From an uncultured Clostridium sp. (GTDB lineage: Bacteria > Bacillota > Clostridia > TANB77 > CAG-508): a stretch of DNA of 64,000 nucleotides. Position 1 is the stretch's first letter; every line of letters starts with the position of its first letter. The notes below the pieces were generated by a model. That model worked only from the letters and a program-made list of their open reading frames with translations. It was not told the origin of the DNA and ran no database searches. This document shows, in pieces, positions 19,053 to 29,618 of the stretch. The position numbers and the translations under genes are program-made. The stretch lies in assembly GCA_902462295.1 (NCBI GenBank), contig CABQAZ010000006.1:2089-66088 (forward strand). The letters are read 5' to 3'.

Positions 19053-20708
19053 ATGAAAGTGATAGCAATTTATTCAAGAAAATCAAAGTCAACAGATAGA
19101 GGAGAATCTATTATAACACAAATGAAACTTTGTGAAGAGTATATAAAGAAAAACTATTTTGACGAAGAAATTAAAATTATATATTATAATGAGGGAGAGG
19201 GGAAATCTGGAGCAGACTCTCAAAGAATAAAATTTAATAAATTAATGAGAGATGCTAAAGAGAAAAAGTATAATGTTTTAATATGTTATAGATTGGACAG
19301 AGTTGCAAGAAATGTTTCAGATTTTTCAGATTTAATAGATGAATTAACATCATATAACATTAGTTTTATTTCAGTAAAAGAACAATTTGATACAACAACG
19401 CCTATGGGTCGTGCAATGATGTATATTGCAAGTGTATTTGCACAATTAGAAAGAGAAATAGGAGCAGAAAGAATAAAAGATAATCTTACTGAACTTGCTA
19501 AATCTGGAAGATGGCTTGGAGGAACTACACCAACAGGATATAAATCTATAGGATTTGAGACAATACAAATAAAAGAAATAAATGAAAATAATGAAATTGA
19601 AAAAAAGAGAAAAAAAGCATATAAACTTGAGAAACAAAAAGAAGAAGTTGATTTAATTGAATTGTTATTTAGAAAAATTGAAGATTTAAAGTCATTAACA
19701 GCGGTAGAGACATATCTGATTAATAATAATATACTTACTAAAAACGGAAAAAGATATACTAGATTTACGCTTTCTAATATTTATAGAAATATAGTGTATG
19801 CAAAAAATGATATAGAAATGTACCAATACTTAAAAGAGAAAAACATTGAAGTTTATGCTGTAGAACAAGATTTTAATGGCAAACAGGGAATGATTGCCTA
19901 TAATAAAACAAAACAGCAAAAACATAAGTCTGTAATTAAGAATGAAATGGATGAATGGATAATATCTGTAGGTAAACATGAGGGATACATTGATGGAAAG
20001 AGATGGATTAATATTCAAAACATATTAGATAGAAATCAAAATAAAAGATATAGAAGACCTAGAAAAAATAAAGCATTACTATCAGGTATATTAAAATGTG
20101 AATGTAATGGGTATATGAGACCAAAAATTAGTTCTGGTAGGACTGACCAATATGGAAATGATAGATTTTTTTATATGTGTGAAATAAAAGAGTTAAGCAG
20201 ATTACATAAATGTGATATAAAAAATATTGATGGAAATGAATTAGATAGAGAATTGCTAATGCAAATGAAACAATGGTATGCACCAAATTTTAAAATAGTA
20301 AAAGAGTTAAAAGGAATAGTAAACAATAAATGTGAGCAAACTGAAAATGAAATAGAAATTGATAGATTGAGCAAATTATATAAAAAAAATGAAAAAAATT
20401 TAATAAATTTGATAGATAGAATAAAATATATAGATATTAGTTTAATAGATGATATAAATAAAGAAATTAAAAGTTTAAAAGAGGAAAATAAGCAAATAAA
20501 TGAAAGTATAAATGAATTAATGAAAAATTATAATAATTATAATTTGGAAATACCTGAAGATAAAATTTCAGAATTAGCTATTCAAGTAATAGAAAAATCA
20601 TTTAAAGCATTTTATGGATTGGATATTTTAGAGCAAAGAAAAATTTTAAGAATGTTCATATCAAAAGCTGTATGGAATGGAGAATATGTTCAAATAGATT
20701 TTTTTTAG
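19053..20708 (+). CDS. Large serine recombinase (SpoIVCA-like)
   Basis: VIAIYSRKSKSTDRGESIITQ (catalytic Ser region), YRLDRVARN, resolvase core, then recombinase and zinc-ribbon (CECNG...C) plus coiled-coil tail. Track start 19047. Confidence 0.9.
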   Translation: MKVIAIYSRKSKSTDRGESIITQMKLCEEYIKKNYFDEEIKIIYYNEGEGKSGADSQRIKFNKLMRDAKEKKYNVLICYRLDRVARNVSDFSDLIDELTSYNISFISVKEQFDTTTPMGRAMMYIASVFAQLEREIGAERIKDNLTELAKSGRWLGGTTPTGYKSIGFETIQIKEINENNEIEKKRKKAYKLEKQKEEVDLIELLFRKIEDLKSLTAVETYLINNNILTKNGKRYTRFTLSNIYRNIVYAKNDIEMYQYLKEKNIEVYAVEQDFNGKQGMIAYNKTKQQKHKSVIKNEMDEWIISVGKHEGYIDGKRWINIQNILDRNQNKRYRRPRKNKALLSGILKCECNGYMRPKISSGRTDQYGNDRFFYMCEIKELSRLHKCDIKNIDGNELDRELLMQMKQWYAPNFKIVKELKGIVNNKCEQTENEIEIDRLSKLYKKNEKNLINLIDRIKYIDISLIDDINKEIKSLKEENKQINESINELMKNYNNYNLEIPEDKISELAIQVIEKSFKAFYGLDILEQRKILRMFISKAVWNGEYVQIDFF

Positions 20709-20711
20709 AAA

Positions 20712-21098
20712 TTGTGTTTCCACAATGTATGTATAGACAATGAGATTTTAATGCATTTTAGATCTACAAAGAAATTGAACAACGAGGTTTATTTAAATGA
20801 GCCAATAGGAAAAGACAAAGATGATAATGTGGTTACATTACAAGAGGTACTTGAAAATGAAGAACGTAGTGTTGAGGAATCTGTTGATTTAAAAATGAAA
20901 GTGAAACTATTATATGAAAAGATGAAAAGTGTATTAAAAGATAGAGAACGTACTATTTTAGAATTGCGTTTCGGACTTGATGGACATAAACCTAAAACTC
21001 AAATTGAAATAGCAAAAGAAATGGGGATTTCCCGTTCTTATGTTTCTAGAATTGAAACAAAAGCTATAGGAAAATTAGCAAAAGAAATTAAAGAATAA
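20712..21098 (+). CDS. sigK: Sigma-K, 3' segment (spoIIIC-like); authentic coding from about 20730
   Basis: CIDNEILMHFRSTKK...LELRFGLDG...TQIEIAKEMGISRSYVSRIETKAIGKL (regions 3 and 4). Confidence 0.9.
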   Translation: MCFHNVCIDNEILMHFRSTKKLNNEVYLNEPIGKDKDDNVVTLQEVLENEERSVEESVDLKMKVKLLYEKMKSVLKDRERTILELRFGLDGHKPKTQIEIAKEMGISRSYVSRIETKAIGKLAKEIKE

Positions 21099-21119
21099 AA
21101 AATTTTATTTATTTTAACT

Positions 21120-21151
21120 CCTATTTATCAACTATAAATAGGGCTTTTTTT
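21120..21151 (+). terminator. Rho-independent terminator after sigK
   Basis: CCTATTTA, loop, TAAATAGG, then GCTTTTTTT. Confidence 0.7.
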
Positions 21152-21276
21152 AAATTAGAAAACATAGTCGGTATATTGACAAGATATTTTTTATATGATA
21201 ATCTAGTATCGAAAACCAGATAGAGCCAAAATGATTTTCAAACATGAATATTAAGGCTCAAAGAAAGGAAAACAAA

Positions 21277-23010
21277 ATGAAAAGAGAAAGATATTTTGAA
21301 GCAATAGAATTTAAAGATATCAAAGGAATAATTTATAATTCTGCAAAACAATATGCAAAAAATACAGCATTTATATTAAAACATAAAAAAGACAAAGAAG
21401 TAACATACGAGAATATAACATATAAAAAATTATTACAAGACATTAATGCATTTGGAACAAAATTATTTAAAATGGGATTTCAAAACAAAAGAATAGCAAT
21501 AGTAGGAAGAAACAGATATGAATGGGTAATAACACATTTAGCTAATGTGTTAGGTGGAATAGTATCAGTTCCACTAGACAAGGAATTGCAAGTAGATGAA
21601 TTAGAAAGTTGTTTAGAAAGAAGCAAAGCAGATGTTGTAGTATTTGATGAAAAATATATAGAAAATATAGAAGAAATAAAAAGAAGAGGAAATACTAATT
21701 TACAACAATACATTTGTATGTCTGAAAAAGAGGGATATGAAAACTTTTGGAACTTAAAAGAACAGGGAGAAGAACTATTAAAACAAGGAGAAAAAGAGTA
21801 CACAAAAGTAAAAATAGATGAAGATAAAATGGCAATATTATTATTCACATCAGGAACAACATCAAAATCAAAAGCAGTAATGTTATCACAACACAATGTT
21901 GCCTCAAATGTATATGCAATGTTATTAGTAGAAAACTTTTTACCAACAGATGTTAACTTAGCGTTTTTACCATTTCATCATATATTTGGTTCAACAGAAA
22001 TGATAGTAATGTTAGCATCAGGTCTTGCAACAGCATTTCCTGATGGGCTAAGATATGTAGCTCAAAACTTAAGAGAATACAAAGTATCACTATTTGTTGG
22101 AGTTCCACTACTTGTAGAAGCAATATATAGAAATATAGAAAAAGAAGTTGAAAAACAAGGGAAAACAAAGACAATAAATTTCGCCAAAAAAGTAAGTAAT
22201 GCATTATTAAAATGTCATATAGATGTAAGAAAGAAAATGTTCAAACCTGTATTAGATGCACTTGGAGGAAACATGAGATTTATAGTATCAGGTGGAGCTC
22301 CATTAGATAAAAAAGTTGCACAAGGATTTAACGATTTAGGAATTGAACTTGTTCAAGGATATGGATTAACAGAAACAGCACCTGTAATATCTGCAGAAAA
22401 TGCATATAAAAAGAGAAGTGGTTCGATTGGATTTCCAATGGACAATGTAGAACTAGAAATAGTAGATAAAGATGAAAACGGAATAGGAGAACTTCGCGTA
22501 AAAGGTCCAAATGTAATGCTTGGATACTATGAAAATGAAGAGGAAACAAATAGAGTAATAAGAGATGGATGGTTTTATACAGGAGATTTAGGATATATTG
22601 ATAAAGATGGATTTATCTTTTTAACAGGGAGACAAAAAGATATGATTGTTTTAAAAAATGGTAAAAAAGTTTTTCCAGAGGAACTTGAAACATTAATCAA
22701 TAGACTTGATTTGGTTGAAGAATGTATAGTTTATGGAATGCCTGATGAAAAAGATAAAAATGATTTGAAATTGTCTGTTAAAATAGTATATAATAAAGAT
22801 GTTGTAAAGGAAAAATATCCAAATGCTACAGAAGATGAATTGAAAAAAATTATTTGGGAGAAAATAAAAGAAATAAATAAGACTTTTCCTCCTTATAAAT
22901 ATATAAAAAATATGATTTTAACTGATAAAGAGCTTATAAAAACTACAACAAAGAAAGTTAAAAGACATGAAGAAATTAAAAGAATATTAGGAGAAAATAA
23001 ACAAAATTAG
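21277..23010 (+). CDS. Long-chain acyl-CoA ligase (AMP-binding family)
   Basis: LFTSGTTSKSKAVMLS (AMP motif), GYGLTETAP, YTGDLGYIDKDGF, KNGKKV. Confidence 0.85.
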   Translation: MKRERYFEAIEFKDIKGIIYNSAKQYAKNTAFILKHKKDKEVTYENITYKKLLQDINAFGTKLFKMGFQNKRIAIVGRNRYEWVITHLANVLGGIVSVPLDKELQVDELESCLERSKADVVVFDEKYIENIEEIKRRGNTNLQQYICMSEKEGYENFWNLKEQGEELLKQGEKEYTKVKIDEDKMAILLFTSGTTSKSKAVMLSQHNVASNVYAMLLVENFLPTDVNLAFLPFHHIFGSTEMIVMLASGLATAFPDGLRYVAQNLREYKVSLFVGVPLLVEAIYRNIEKEVEKQGKTKTINFAKKVSNALLKCHIDVRKKMFKPVLDALGGNMRFIVSGGAPLDKKVAQGFNDLGIELVQGYGLTETAPVISAENAYKKRSGSIGFPMDNVELEIVDKDENGIGELRVKGPNVMLGYYENEEETNRVIRDGWFYTGDLGYIDKDGFIFLTGRQKDMIVLKNGKKVFPEELETLINRLDLVEECIVYGMPDEKDKNDLKLSVKIVYNKDVVKEKYPNATEDELKKIIWEKIKEINKTFPPYKYIKNMILTDKELIKTTTKKVKRHEEIKRILGENKQN

Positions 23011-23049
23011 CACTCTACTATTGACAGTGCTAAAATGACGTGATATAAT
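23007..23049 (+). promoter_or_regulatory. CIRCE (HrcA operator) overlapping the clpB promoter
   Basis: TTAGCACTC-N9-CAGTGCTAA (23007-23033). TTGACA (23021), 17 bp, TGaTATAAT (23044-23049). Confidence 0.8.
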
Positions 23050-23128
23050 ATTAAATGTAATAAGAAAAAGGGGCACATTCTATACTAAAAGATTGTGCTC
23101 TTAAGCTATGAAAAAGGAGGTAGATATT

Positions 23129-25723
23129 ATGAATATTCAAAAATTTACTCAAAAATCATTAGAAGCAATACAGAATGCACAAACATTAGCAATAGAAAAT
23201 CAAAATGCACAAGTAGAACAAGAACATTTATTATTAGCATTATTAGAACAAGAAAATAGTTTAATAAAAGAACTAATCAAAAAAATAGGGGACGAAGAAA
23301 GTATTGAAAATGAAATTAGAAATAAGATAGAGAATAAGCCCAAAATGACAGGAGGAGCAAGACCAAGTGATGGAATTTATGTTGCACAAGATGTTGACAA
23401 AGTTTTGGCTGATTCAGAATCGATTGCGAAAAAAATGAAAGATGAATATGTTTCTGTTGAGCATATAATGCTTGCAATTTTTAATAATGCAAATAGCAAT
23501 ATAAAAGAAATTTTTAGAAGATATAGTATTTCAAAAAATGAATTTTTAAAGGCTTTATCAGCTGTTAGAGGAAATACAAGAGTAACATCTGATAATCCAG
23601 AAGACACTTATGATGTATTAAAAAAATATGGGCAAGATTTGACTCAAATGGCTAGAGAACAAAAATTAGACCCAGTAATAGGAAGAGATACAGAAATAAG
23701 AAATGTTATTCGTATATTATCAAGAAAGACTAAGAATAATCCATGTCTAATCGGTGAACCTGGTGTAGGTAAAACAGCAATAGCAGAGGGACTTGCATTA
23801 AGAATAGTTAGAGGAGATGTACCAGAGGGTTTAAAAGAATGTACAATATTTTCACTTGATATGGGGTTACTTGTAGCAGGTGCAAAATATAGAGGAGAGT
23901 TTGAGGAAAGACTTAAAGCTGTTTTACAAGAAGTAAAGAAAAGTGAGGGTAGAATCATTTTATTTATAGATGAGATTCATACAATAGTTGGTGCAGGAAA
24001 AACAGATGGAGCAATGGATGCAGGTAATTTATTAAAACCAATGTTAGCTAGAGGAGAATTACATTGTATTGGTGCAACAACATTAAATGAATATAGACAA
24101 TATATAGAAAAAGACCAAGCACTTGAAAGACGTTTTCAACCAGTAATGGTAGATGAACCATCAGTAGAAGATACAATATCAATTTTAAGAGGTTTAAAAG
24201 AAAGGTATGAAGTATATCATGGTGTTAAGATTGCAGATAATGCTTTAATTTCGGCTGCAACATTATCACATAGATATATATCAGATAGATTTTTGCCAGA
24301 TAAAGCAATAGATTTAATTGATGAAGCTTGTGCTATGATAAAAACAGAAATGGAGTCAATGCCAACAGAATTAGATGAAGTTTCAAGAAAAATAATGCAA
24401 TTAGAAATAGAAGAAACTGCATTAAGCAAAGAAAAAGATGAAATTTCTAAACAGCGTTTGGCAGATATTCAAAAAGAAAAATCTGAATTAAAGACTAAAT
24501 TCGATGGAATGAAAGCTAAATGGGAAAATGAAAAAACAGCAATAGGAAAAGTACAAAAATTACGAGAAGAAATTGAACAAACAAATGCACAGATAGAACA
24601 AGCAGAAAGAAATTACGATTTAAATAAAGTTGCAGAATTAAGATATGGAAAATTACCAGAATTACAAAAAGAATTACAACATGAAGAAGAAATATCAGAA
24701 AAAAGCAAAGAAGATGGACTATTAAGAAATAAAGTAACAGAAGAAGAAATTACAAAAATCATTTCAAGATGGACAGGAATACCTGTTACAAAATTAATGG
24801 AGGGTGAAAGAGAAAAAATATTAAATCTTGATAAAATACTTCATAAAAGAGTAATTGGCCAAGACGAAGCAGTTGAAAAAGTTTCAGAAGCAATAATGCG
24901 TTCAAGAGCTGGGATAGGAGACCCACGTAGACCAATCGGTTCATTCATGTTCTTAGGTCCAACAGGTGTTGGAAAAACTGAACTTGCAAAATCACTAGCT
25001 GATGCATTATTTGATGATGAGCACAATATGGTAAGAATTGATATGTCTGAATATATGGAAAAATATTCTGTTTCAAGATTAATTGGTGCACCTCCAGGAT
25101 ATGTAGGATATGAAGAGGGTGGACAATTAACAGAAGCAGTTAGAAGAAAACCATATTCAGTAGTTTTATTTGATGAAATTGAAAAGGCACATCCAGATGT
25201 ATTTAACATTTTATTACAAGTACTAGATGATGGACGTATAACAGATTCACAAGGAAGAACAGTTGATTTTAAAAATACAATAATAATATTAACTTCAAAT
25301 TTGGGTTCTGATTATATATTAGAGGGAATTCAAGAAAATGGTGAAATTTCAGAAGAAGCAAAACAAAAAGTATCAGAATTATTAAAAAGAAGTTTTAGAC
25401 CTGAATTTTTAAATCGTTTAGATGAAATAGTATTTTACAAACCTCTTATGAAAAATGAAATTTCAAAGATATTGGAACTTCTTATTAAAGACTTGGAAAA
25501 AAGACTTGAAGATAAGCATATCAAGTTAGAATTAACTCAATCTGCTAAAGATTATTTGATTAATAATGGATATGATGAGGTTTACGGTGCAAGACCATTA
25601 AAGAGATTTGTACAGAAAAAACTTGAGACTTTAATTGCTAAAAAGATTTTGACACAAGAAATTTTACCTAATAGTACAGTTGTGGTTGATTTCAATGATG
25701 ATGAATTATATATACAAAAATAA
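23129..25723 (+). CDS. clpB: Chaperone disaggregase ClpB
   Basis: Two AAA modules (GEPGVGKTA and GPTGVGKTE), a long coiled-coil middle domain and a Clp N-domain. ATG 23129 follows AAGGAGG. Confidence 0.95.
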   Translation: MNIQKFTQKSLEAIQNAQTLAIENQNAQVEQEHLLLALLEQENSLIKELIKKIGDEESIENEIRNKIENKPKMTGGARPSDGIYVAQDVDKVLADSESIAKKMKDEYVSVEHIMLAIFNNANSNIKEIFRRYSISKNEFLKALSAVRGNTRVTSDNPEDTYDVLKKYGQDLTQMAREQKLDPVIGRDTEIRNVIRILSRKTKNNPCLIGEPGVGKTAIAEGLALRIVRGDVPEGLKECTIFSLDMGLLVAGAKYRGEFEERLKAVLQEVKKSEGRIILFIDEIHTIVGAGKTDGAMDAGNLLKPMLARGELHCIGATTLNEYRQYIEKDQALERRFQPVMVDEPSVEDTISILRGLKERYEVYHGVKIADNALISAATLSHRYISDRFLPDKAIDLIDEACAMIKTEMESMPTELDEVSRKIMQLEIEETALSKEKDEISKQRLADIQKEKSELKTKFDGMKAKWENEKTAIGKVQKLREEIEQTNAQIEQAERNYDLNKVAELRYGKLPELQKELQHEEEISEKSKEDGLLRNKVTEEEITKIISRWTGIPVTKLMEGEREKILNLDKILHKRVIGQDEAVEKVSEAIMRSRAGIGDPRRPIGSFMFLGPTGVGKTELAKSLADALFDDEHNMVRIDMSEYMEKYSVSRLIGAPPGYVGYEEGGQLTEAVRRKPYSVVLFDEIEKAHPDVFNILLQVLDDGRITDSQGRTVDFKNTIIILTSNLGSDYILEGIQENGEISEEAKQKVSELLKRSFRPEFLNRLDEIVFYKPLMKNEISKILELLIKDLEKRLEDKHIKLELTQSAKDYLINNGYDEVYGARPLKRFVQKKLETLIAKKILTQEILPNSTVVVDFNDDELYIQK

Positions 25724-25758
25724 CATTATAATTAAACTTAACTAAAATGGAGGAAACT

Positions 25759-26520
25759 ATGAGCAAAAGAAAAAATAATAAAAAGCAAAATATATGGCAA
25801 ATAATTGCATCAATAATAATGTTAACATGTATTATTATAACGGGGTATATGACCCAGAATGAGGGGACAACAAATCAAAATGATAATACAGAAAGTATAA
25901 CACAAACGGGGACATTTGAATTATCTACAATTCCAGAATATACAACAAGTCCTTATGTGGAAATAAATAATAATATTCCATATTTTACTGATAAAGACTA
26001 TACTACGAAAAGTTTTGAAAAATACAGTGAATGGGATGATTTAGGCAGAAGTGGTGTAGCTTTTGCAAATGTGTGCAAAGAAACTATGCCTAAAGATGGA
26101 GAAGAACGTGGTGAAATAGGAAGTATAAAAAATCTTTCTGGATGGGTACAAAAAAGATATGATAATTTAATTAAAGACAAGTATTTGTATAATCGTTGTC
26201 ATTTGATAGGTTGGCAACTTTCAGCAGAAAATGCAAATAAACAAAATTTAATAACTGGAACACGATATTTAAATACAGAGGGAATGTTACCATTTGAAAA
26301 CGAGGTAGCCGAATATATTGATGGTAATGAAAAAAATCATGTTTTATATAGAGTGACACCTATTTATGAAGATGAAAATCTTCTTGCAAGTGGAGTGGAA
26401 ATGGAAGCTTGGTCAGTAGAAGATAATGGAAAAGGAATTTGCTTTAATGTTTATTGTTATAATGTACAACCAGGAATAATAATTGATTATTCAACTGGAG
26501 AAAGTCAGGCACAAAAATAA
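25759..26520 (+). CDS. Membrane-anchored DNA/RNA non-specific endonuclease (NucA/EndA-like)
   Basis: N-terminal TM plus YNRCHLIGWQLSAENANKQNLITGTRYLN active-site region. Confidence 0.75.
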   Translation: MSKRKNNKKQNIWQIIASIIMLTCIIITGYMTQNEGTTNQNDNTESITQTGTFELSTIPEYTTSPYVEINNNIPYFTDKDYTTKSFEKYSEWDDLGRSGVAFANVCKETMPKDGEERGEIGSIKNLSGWVQKRYDNLIKDKYLYNRCHLIGWQLSAENANKQNLITGTRYLNTEGMLPFENEVAEYIDGNEKNHVLYRVTPIYEDENLLASGVEMEAWSVEDNGKGICFNVYCYNVQPGIIIDYSTGESQAQK

Positions 26521-26543
26521 AATATAAAGGAGAGAAAAACTTA

Positions 26544-27227
26544 TTGAACTTAGATTTTGTTAACAATTTATTTAATAATTTAAAAGAAAACAAAACAACA
26601 AAAGATTTTATTAATGAACTATCAGATTATCTTGAGAATAATAAAACAAATATTGAATGGAATAATTTATTGGAAGATGATTTAATTATTAATGATAATA
26701 AAATAATTGCAAAATACAAAGATAAAATGCTAAAAGAAAGAGCTAGTATATTACAAAATTATGCTGAAAATACAAAAGAAGATGGAGAAATGTATTATGT
26801 TTATAATGTGAGTCAAAATGATAACAATTCTTATAATATTAGTAAAACAGATAAGAGTCATAAAGTTATTACAATAGCAATAGATAGTTTACCCCAAGGA
26901 GTTCGATTAGGTAGTGTTTTACGAGAGCAAGGAGATAAATTTGTTTTGGATGAAAAAGCAACACGAATTGTAGGAGAAAAAATAAACGATATGATAGAGA
27001 AACAGATAAAAGAACAGAATAAATTTCTTGATAGTAAAAGAATTGATGGACATATTTATGAGGTTGAAGAAAAAAGTAATGGTAGGATATGGTTATATGA
27101 TTCTAATAATATTATAGATGGAGGAATTGAAGGGTTTGAAGAGATAGAGTTTCCTAAAGATTTATATGAAGTGGCTAAAAAGGGAGATAAGTTTTTATAT
27201 AAAAATAGATGCTATCAGAAAATATAA
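26544..27227 (+). CDS. Hypothetical protein (TTG start)
   Basis: ORF 23 nt downstream of the nuclease gene with RBS AAAGGAGAG. No family recognised. Confidence 0.5.
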   Translation: MNLDFVNNLFNNLKENKTTKDFINELSDYLENNKTNIEWNNLLEDDLIINDNKIIAKYKDKMLKERASILQNYAENTKEDGEMYYVYNVSQNDNNSYNISKTDKSHKVITIAIDSLPQGVRLGSVLREQGDKFVLDEKATRIVGEKINDMIEKQIKEQNKFLDSKRIDGHIYEVEEKSNGRIWLYDSNNIIDGGIEGFEEIEFPKDLYEVAKKGDKFLYKNRCYQKI

Positions 27228-27237
27228 TATGAATAAA

Positions 27238-27276
27238 AACACTCAATAGTGTAAAATGACTATTGAGTGTTTTTGT
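27238..27276. terminator. Bidirectional terminator
   Basis: AACACTCAATAGT, loop, ACTATTGAGTGTT between convergent genes. Confidence 0.8.
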
Positions 27277-27280
27277 CTAT

Positions 27281-27898
27281 TTATAGAACAGCACCTAAAA
27301 CCAATATACCTAAATTATCTTCATAAATTTTTTTGAATTGTGTCATAGGTAGTGGATTAGTGCCTAAGCCAACTTCAATAGTATATCCAGGTCTGTTATA
27401 ATTTTGAATAAACCAGTCTTTATATCCGGCAAAGCTTGAATTATAAGGTGTAGGTTCAAGAGAATATCCACTTACATTAGCAAATTGTCTTCCAATAAAT
27501 AAAGAATTTGGCGGATTGTAGTTTTGAGACTGCAAATAAATCACTTCGCCTTGTGAATGATATGCTAAAATTAGTCTAAAATTGTGTTGAAGTGTAAAAT
27601 TATAAACAGCTAAAGCTTCAGGTTCAGTAAGTGGACCATATCCAACAAAGTCACGTGGTGCGGGTGTTGTGAAGCCTTGCTCATATTTTATTTCACGTGC
27701 TTTTTCCCATTCTGCAGGAAATTGAAGATTTAAGTCTACACCACGAATATTGGCTTTCCAACCATCTGGAAAAGGAATTGTTGCAAATCCATAAGCTATT
27801 TTTTCTGCCTGTTTATAAGATGGAGATGATTTTGGGAGTGCACCTGTGACTAAATCTACCCCGGTTGGATTAATTTTCATAGGAGTAAAAGCTAGCAA
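27281..27898 (-). CDS. M14 peptidase (gamma-D-glutamyl-L-diamino acid endopeptidase I type), 3' segment; authentic coding from about 27862
   Basis: NPTGVDLVTGALP...DFVGYGPLTEPEA...AYHSQGEVIY...FAGYKDWFIQ...GYTIEVG. Carboxypeptidase-A-fold C-terminal half with no N-terminal half. Confidence 0.8.
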   Translation of the reverse strand: MLAFTPMKINPTGVDLVTGALPKSSPSYKQAEKIAYGFATIPFPDGWKANIRGVDLNLQFPAEWEKAREIKYEQGFTTPAPRDFVGYGPLTEPEALAVYNFTLQHNFRLILAYHSQGEVIYLQSQNYNPPNSLFIGRQFANVSGYSLEPTPYNSSFAGYKDWFIQNYNRPGYTIEVGLGTNPLPMTQFKKIYEDNLGILVLGAVL

Positions 27899-28033
27899 TC
27901 ATCTGTGAATAAAAAATCTAAATATAAAAACACATTTGAATACAATGATATTTAATAAATTTCTGAAAAGATAAGTAAGTAATTGACTAAATCAAATAAT
28001 TATGTTACAATAAATGTATAGGAGGTACATAAA

Positions 28034-29335
28034 ATGGAACGAAAAATGTCGAAAAAATTGCTAGAATGGAAAAATGATACAGAAAAGACACCATTAATTT
28101 TATATGGAGCTAGACAAGTAGGAAAGACCTATACTATATTATCATTTGGAAAAGAGAACTATAAGAATGTAGCATATATAAATTTTGAGGATAATAGTGA
28201 GATATCAAAAATTTTTGAACAAGATTTAGAAGTAGAAAGAATTATAAAAGAATTAAGTGTAAAGTTAGGAATAACCATATTAGAAGAAGATACATTAATA
28301 TTTTTTGATGAGATACAAGCTTGTGAAAGAGCTTTAACATCATTAAAATATTTTGCAGAAAGTAAGACAAAATATCATGTTGTAGCAGCAGGTTCATTAC
28401 TAGGGATTGCAATTAATAGACAAAAATATTCTTTTCCAGTTGGAAAAGTAAAAATGCTTACATTATATCCATTAGATTTTGAAGAATTTTTGTGGGCATT
28501 AGACAAAAAAGATTTGGCAGATATGATAAGACAAGCTTTTTCTGAGGATAAAGAATTTTCATTACATAGTTTAGCAAATCAGTATTATAGATTATATTTG
28601 GCAATTGGTGGAATGCCTAGAGCAATTTTAGAATACAAAGAAAAACAAGATATGGATTTTGTAACAGCAATTTTGAAAGATATTAATAATTCATATATAG
28701 CAGATATGGCTAAATATGCAAGTTCCACAGAAACAACAAAAATTATGGCAGTATATAATATTATTTCAGCACAATTAGCTAAAGAAAATAAAAAATTTCA
28801 ATATAAATTAATAAAATCAAGTGCAAGAGCTTATGAATATGAAACAGCAATTAATTGGTTAAATGCTTCAGGAATCATAAATCAATGTACAAAAATCAAA
28901 GAAGGAAAATTGCCACTTTCAGCATTTATAGAGCCAGAAAGTTTTAAAATCTATATGAGTGATGTGGGATTATTGTGTAATAAATTTGGAATACCTACTA
29001 ATATTGTAATTGTGGAAAATGATAACATGAATGATTTTAAAGGAGCTTTGGCTGAAAATTATGTATGCAATAGTTTAGTTCAATGTGGATTAAAACCATA
29101 TTACTGGGAATCTAATGGAAAAGCAGAAGTGGATTTTGTAGTGCAAGATAAAGAGGGAAATATTATTCCGATTGAAGTTAAATCAAGTATACATACAAGG
29201 TCAAAAAGTCTAAATGTTTTTAAAAGTTTATATAAAATTCCTTATTCTATTAGGATATCAACTAAAAATTTTGGATTTGAAAATGATATAAAATGTATTC
29301 CTTTGTATAGTGTATTTTGTTTAGATAAGTTATAA
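28034..29335 (+). CDS. AAA-type ATPase with DUF4143-like C-terminal domain
   Basis: Walker A GARQVGKT, Walker B IFFDEIQ. Overall arrangement of the COG1373-type ATPases. Confidence 0.7.
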   Translation: MERKMSKKLLEWKNDTEKTPLILYGARQVGKTYTILSFGKENYKNVAYINFEDNSEISKIFEQDLEVERIIKELSVKLGITILEEDTLIFFDEIQACERALTSLKYFAESKTKYHVVAAGSLLGIAINRQKYSFPVGKVKMLTLYPLDFEEFLWALDKKDLADMIRQAFSEDKEFSLHSLANQYYRLYLAIGGMPRAILEYKEKQDMDFVTAILKDINNSYIADMAKYASSTETTKIMAVYNIISAQLAKENKKFQYKLIKSSARAYEYETAINWLNASGIINQCTKIKEGKLPLSAFIEPESFKIYMSDVGLLCNKFGIPTNIVIVENDNMNDFKGALAENYVCNSLVQCGLKPYYWESNGKAEVDFVVQDKEGNIIPIEVKSSIHTRSKSLNVFKSLYKIPYSIRISTKNFGFENDIKCIPLYSVFCLDKL

Positions 29336-29618
29336 GTGTTTTGATGAAGCGGATATAAAAAGTGTCCACTTCGGATAGGCTCAAAGTGTCCGTTTGAAAG
29401 CTTTTGTGAAGTGTTTCAAGCGGACATTTTGACTATATAAAAAATCCTTATATTTCAATGAAAATTAAGAAATAGGGTGTGTCGTGTTTAAAGGGTAAGA
29501 TACAGGGGCAAGGTTAAAGTTGGAAAATAGGATGTATCTTGTAAAAGATGGAAAGAAGTAGATGGAGGATAGAATAAAGGGCGAAATTAGAATTAGGATA
29601 AAATATAAATTTTCTTAA

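Larger units (their letters stand above)
10828..20741 (+). mobile_element. skin-like sigK intervening element, 9,914 bp
   Basis: Bounded by TGTATTGATAAT (10816-10827) and TGTATAGACAAT (20730-20741), both encoding C-I-D-N. A large serine recombinase gene sits at the right end. Deletion restores the sigK frame. Confidence 0.85.
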
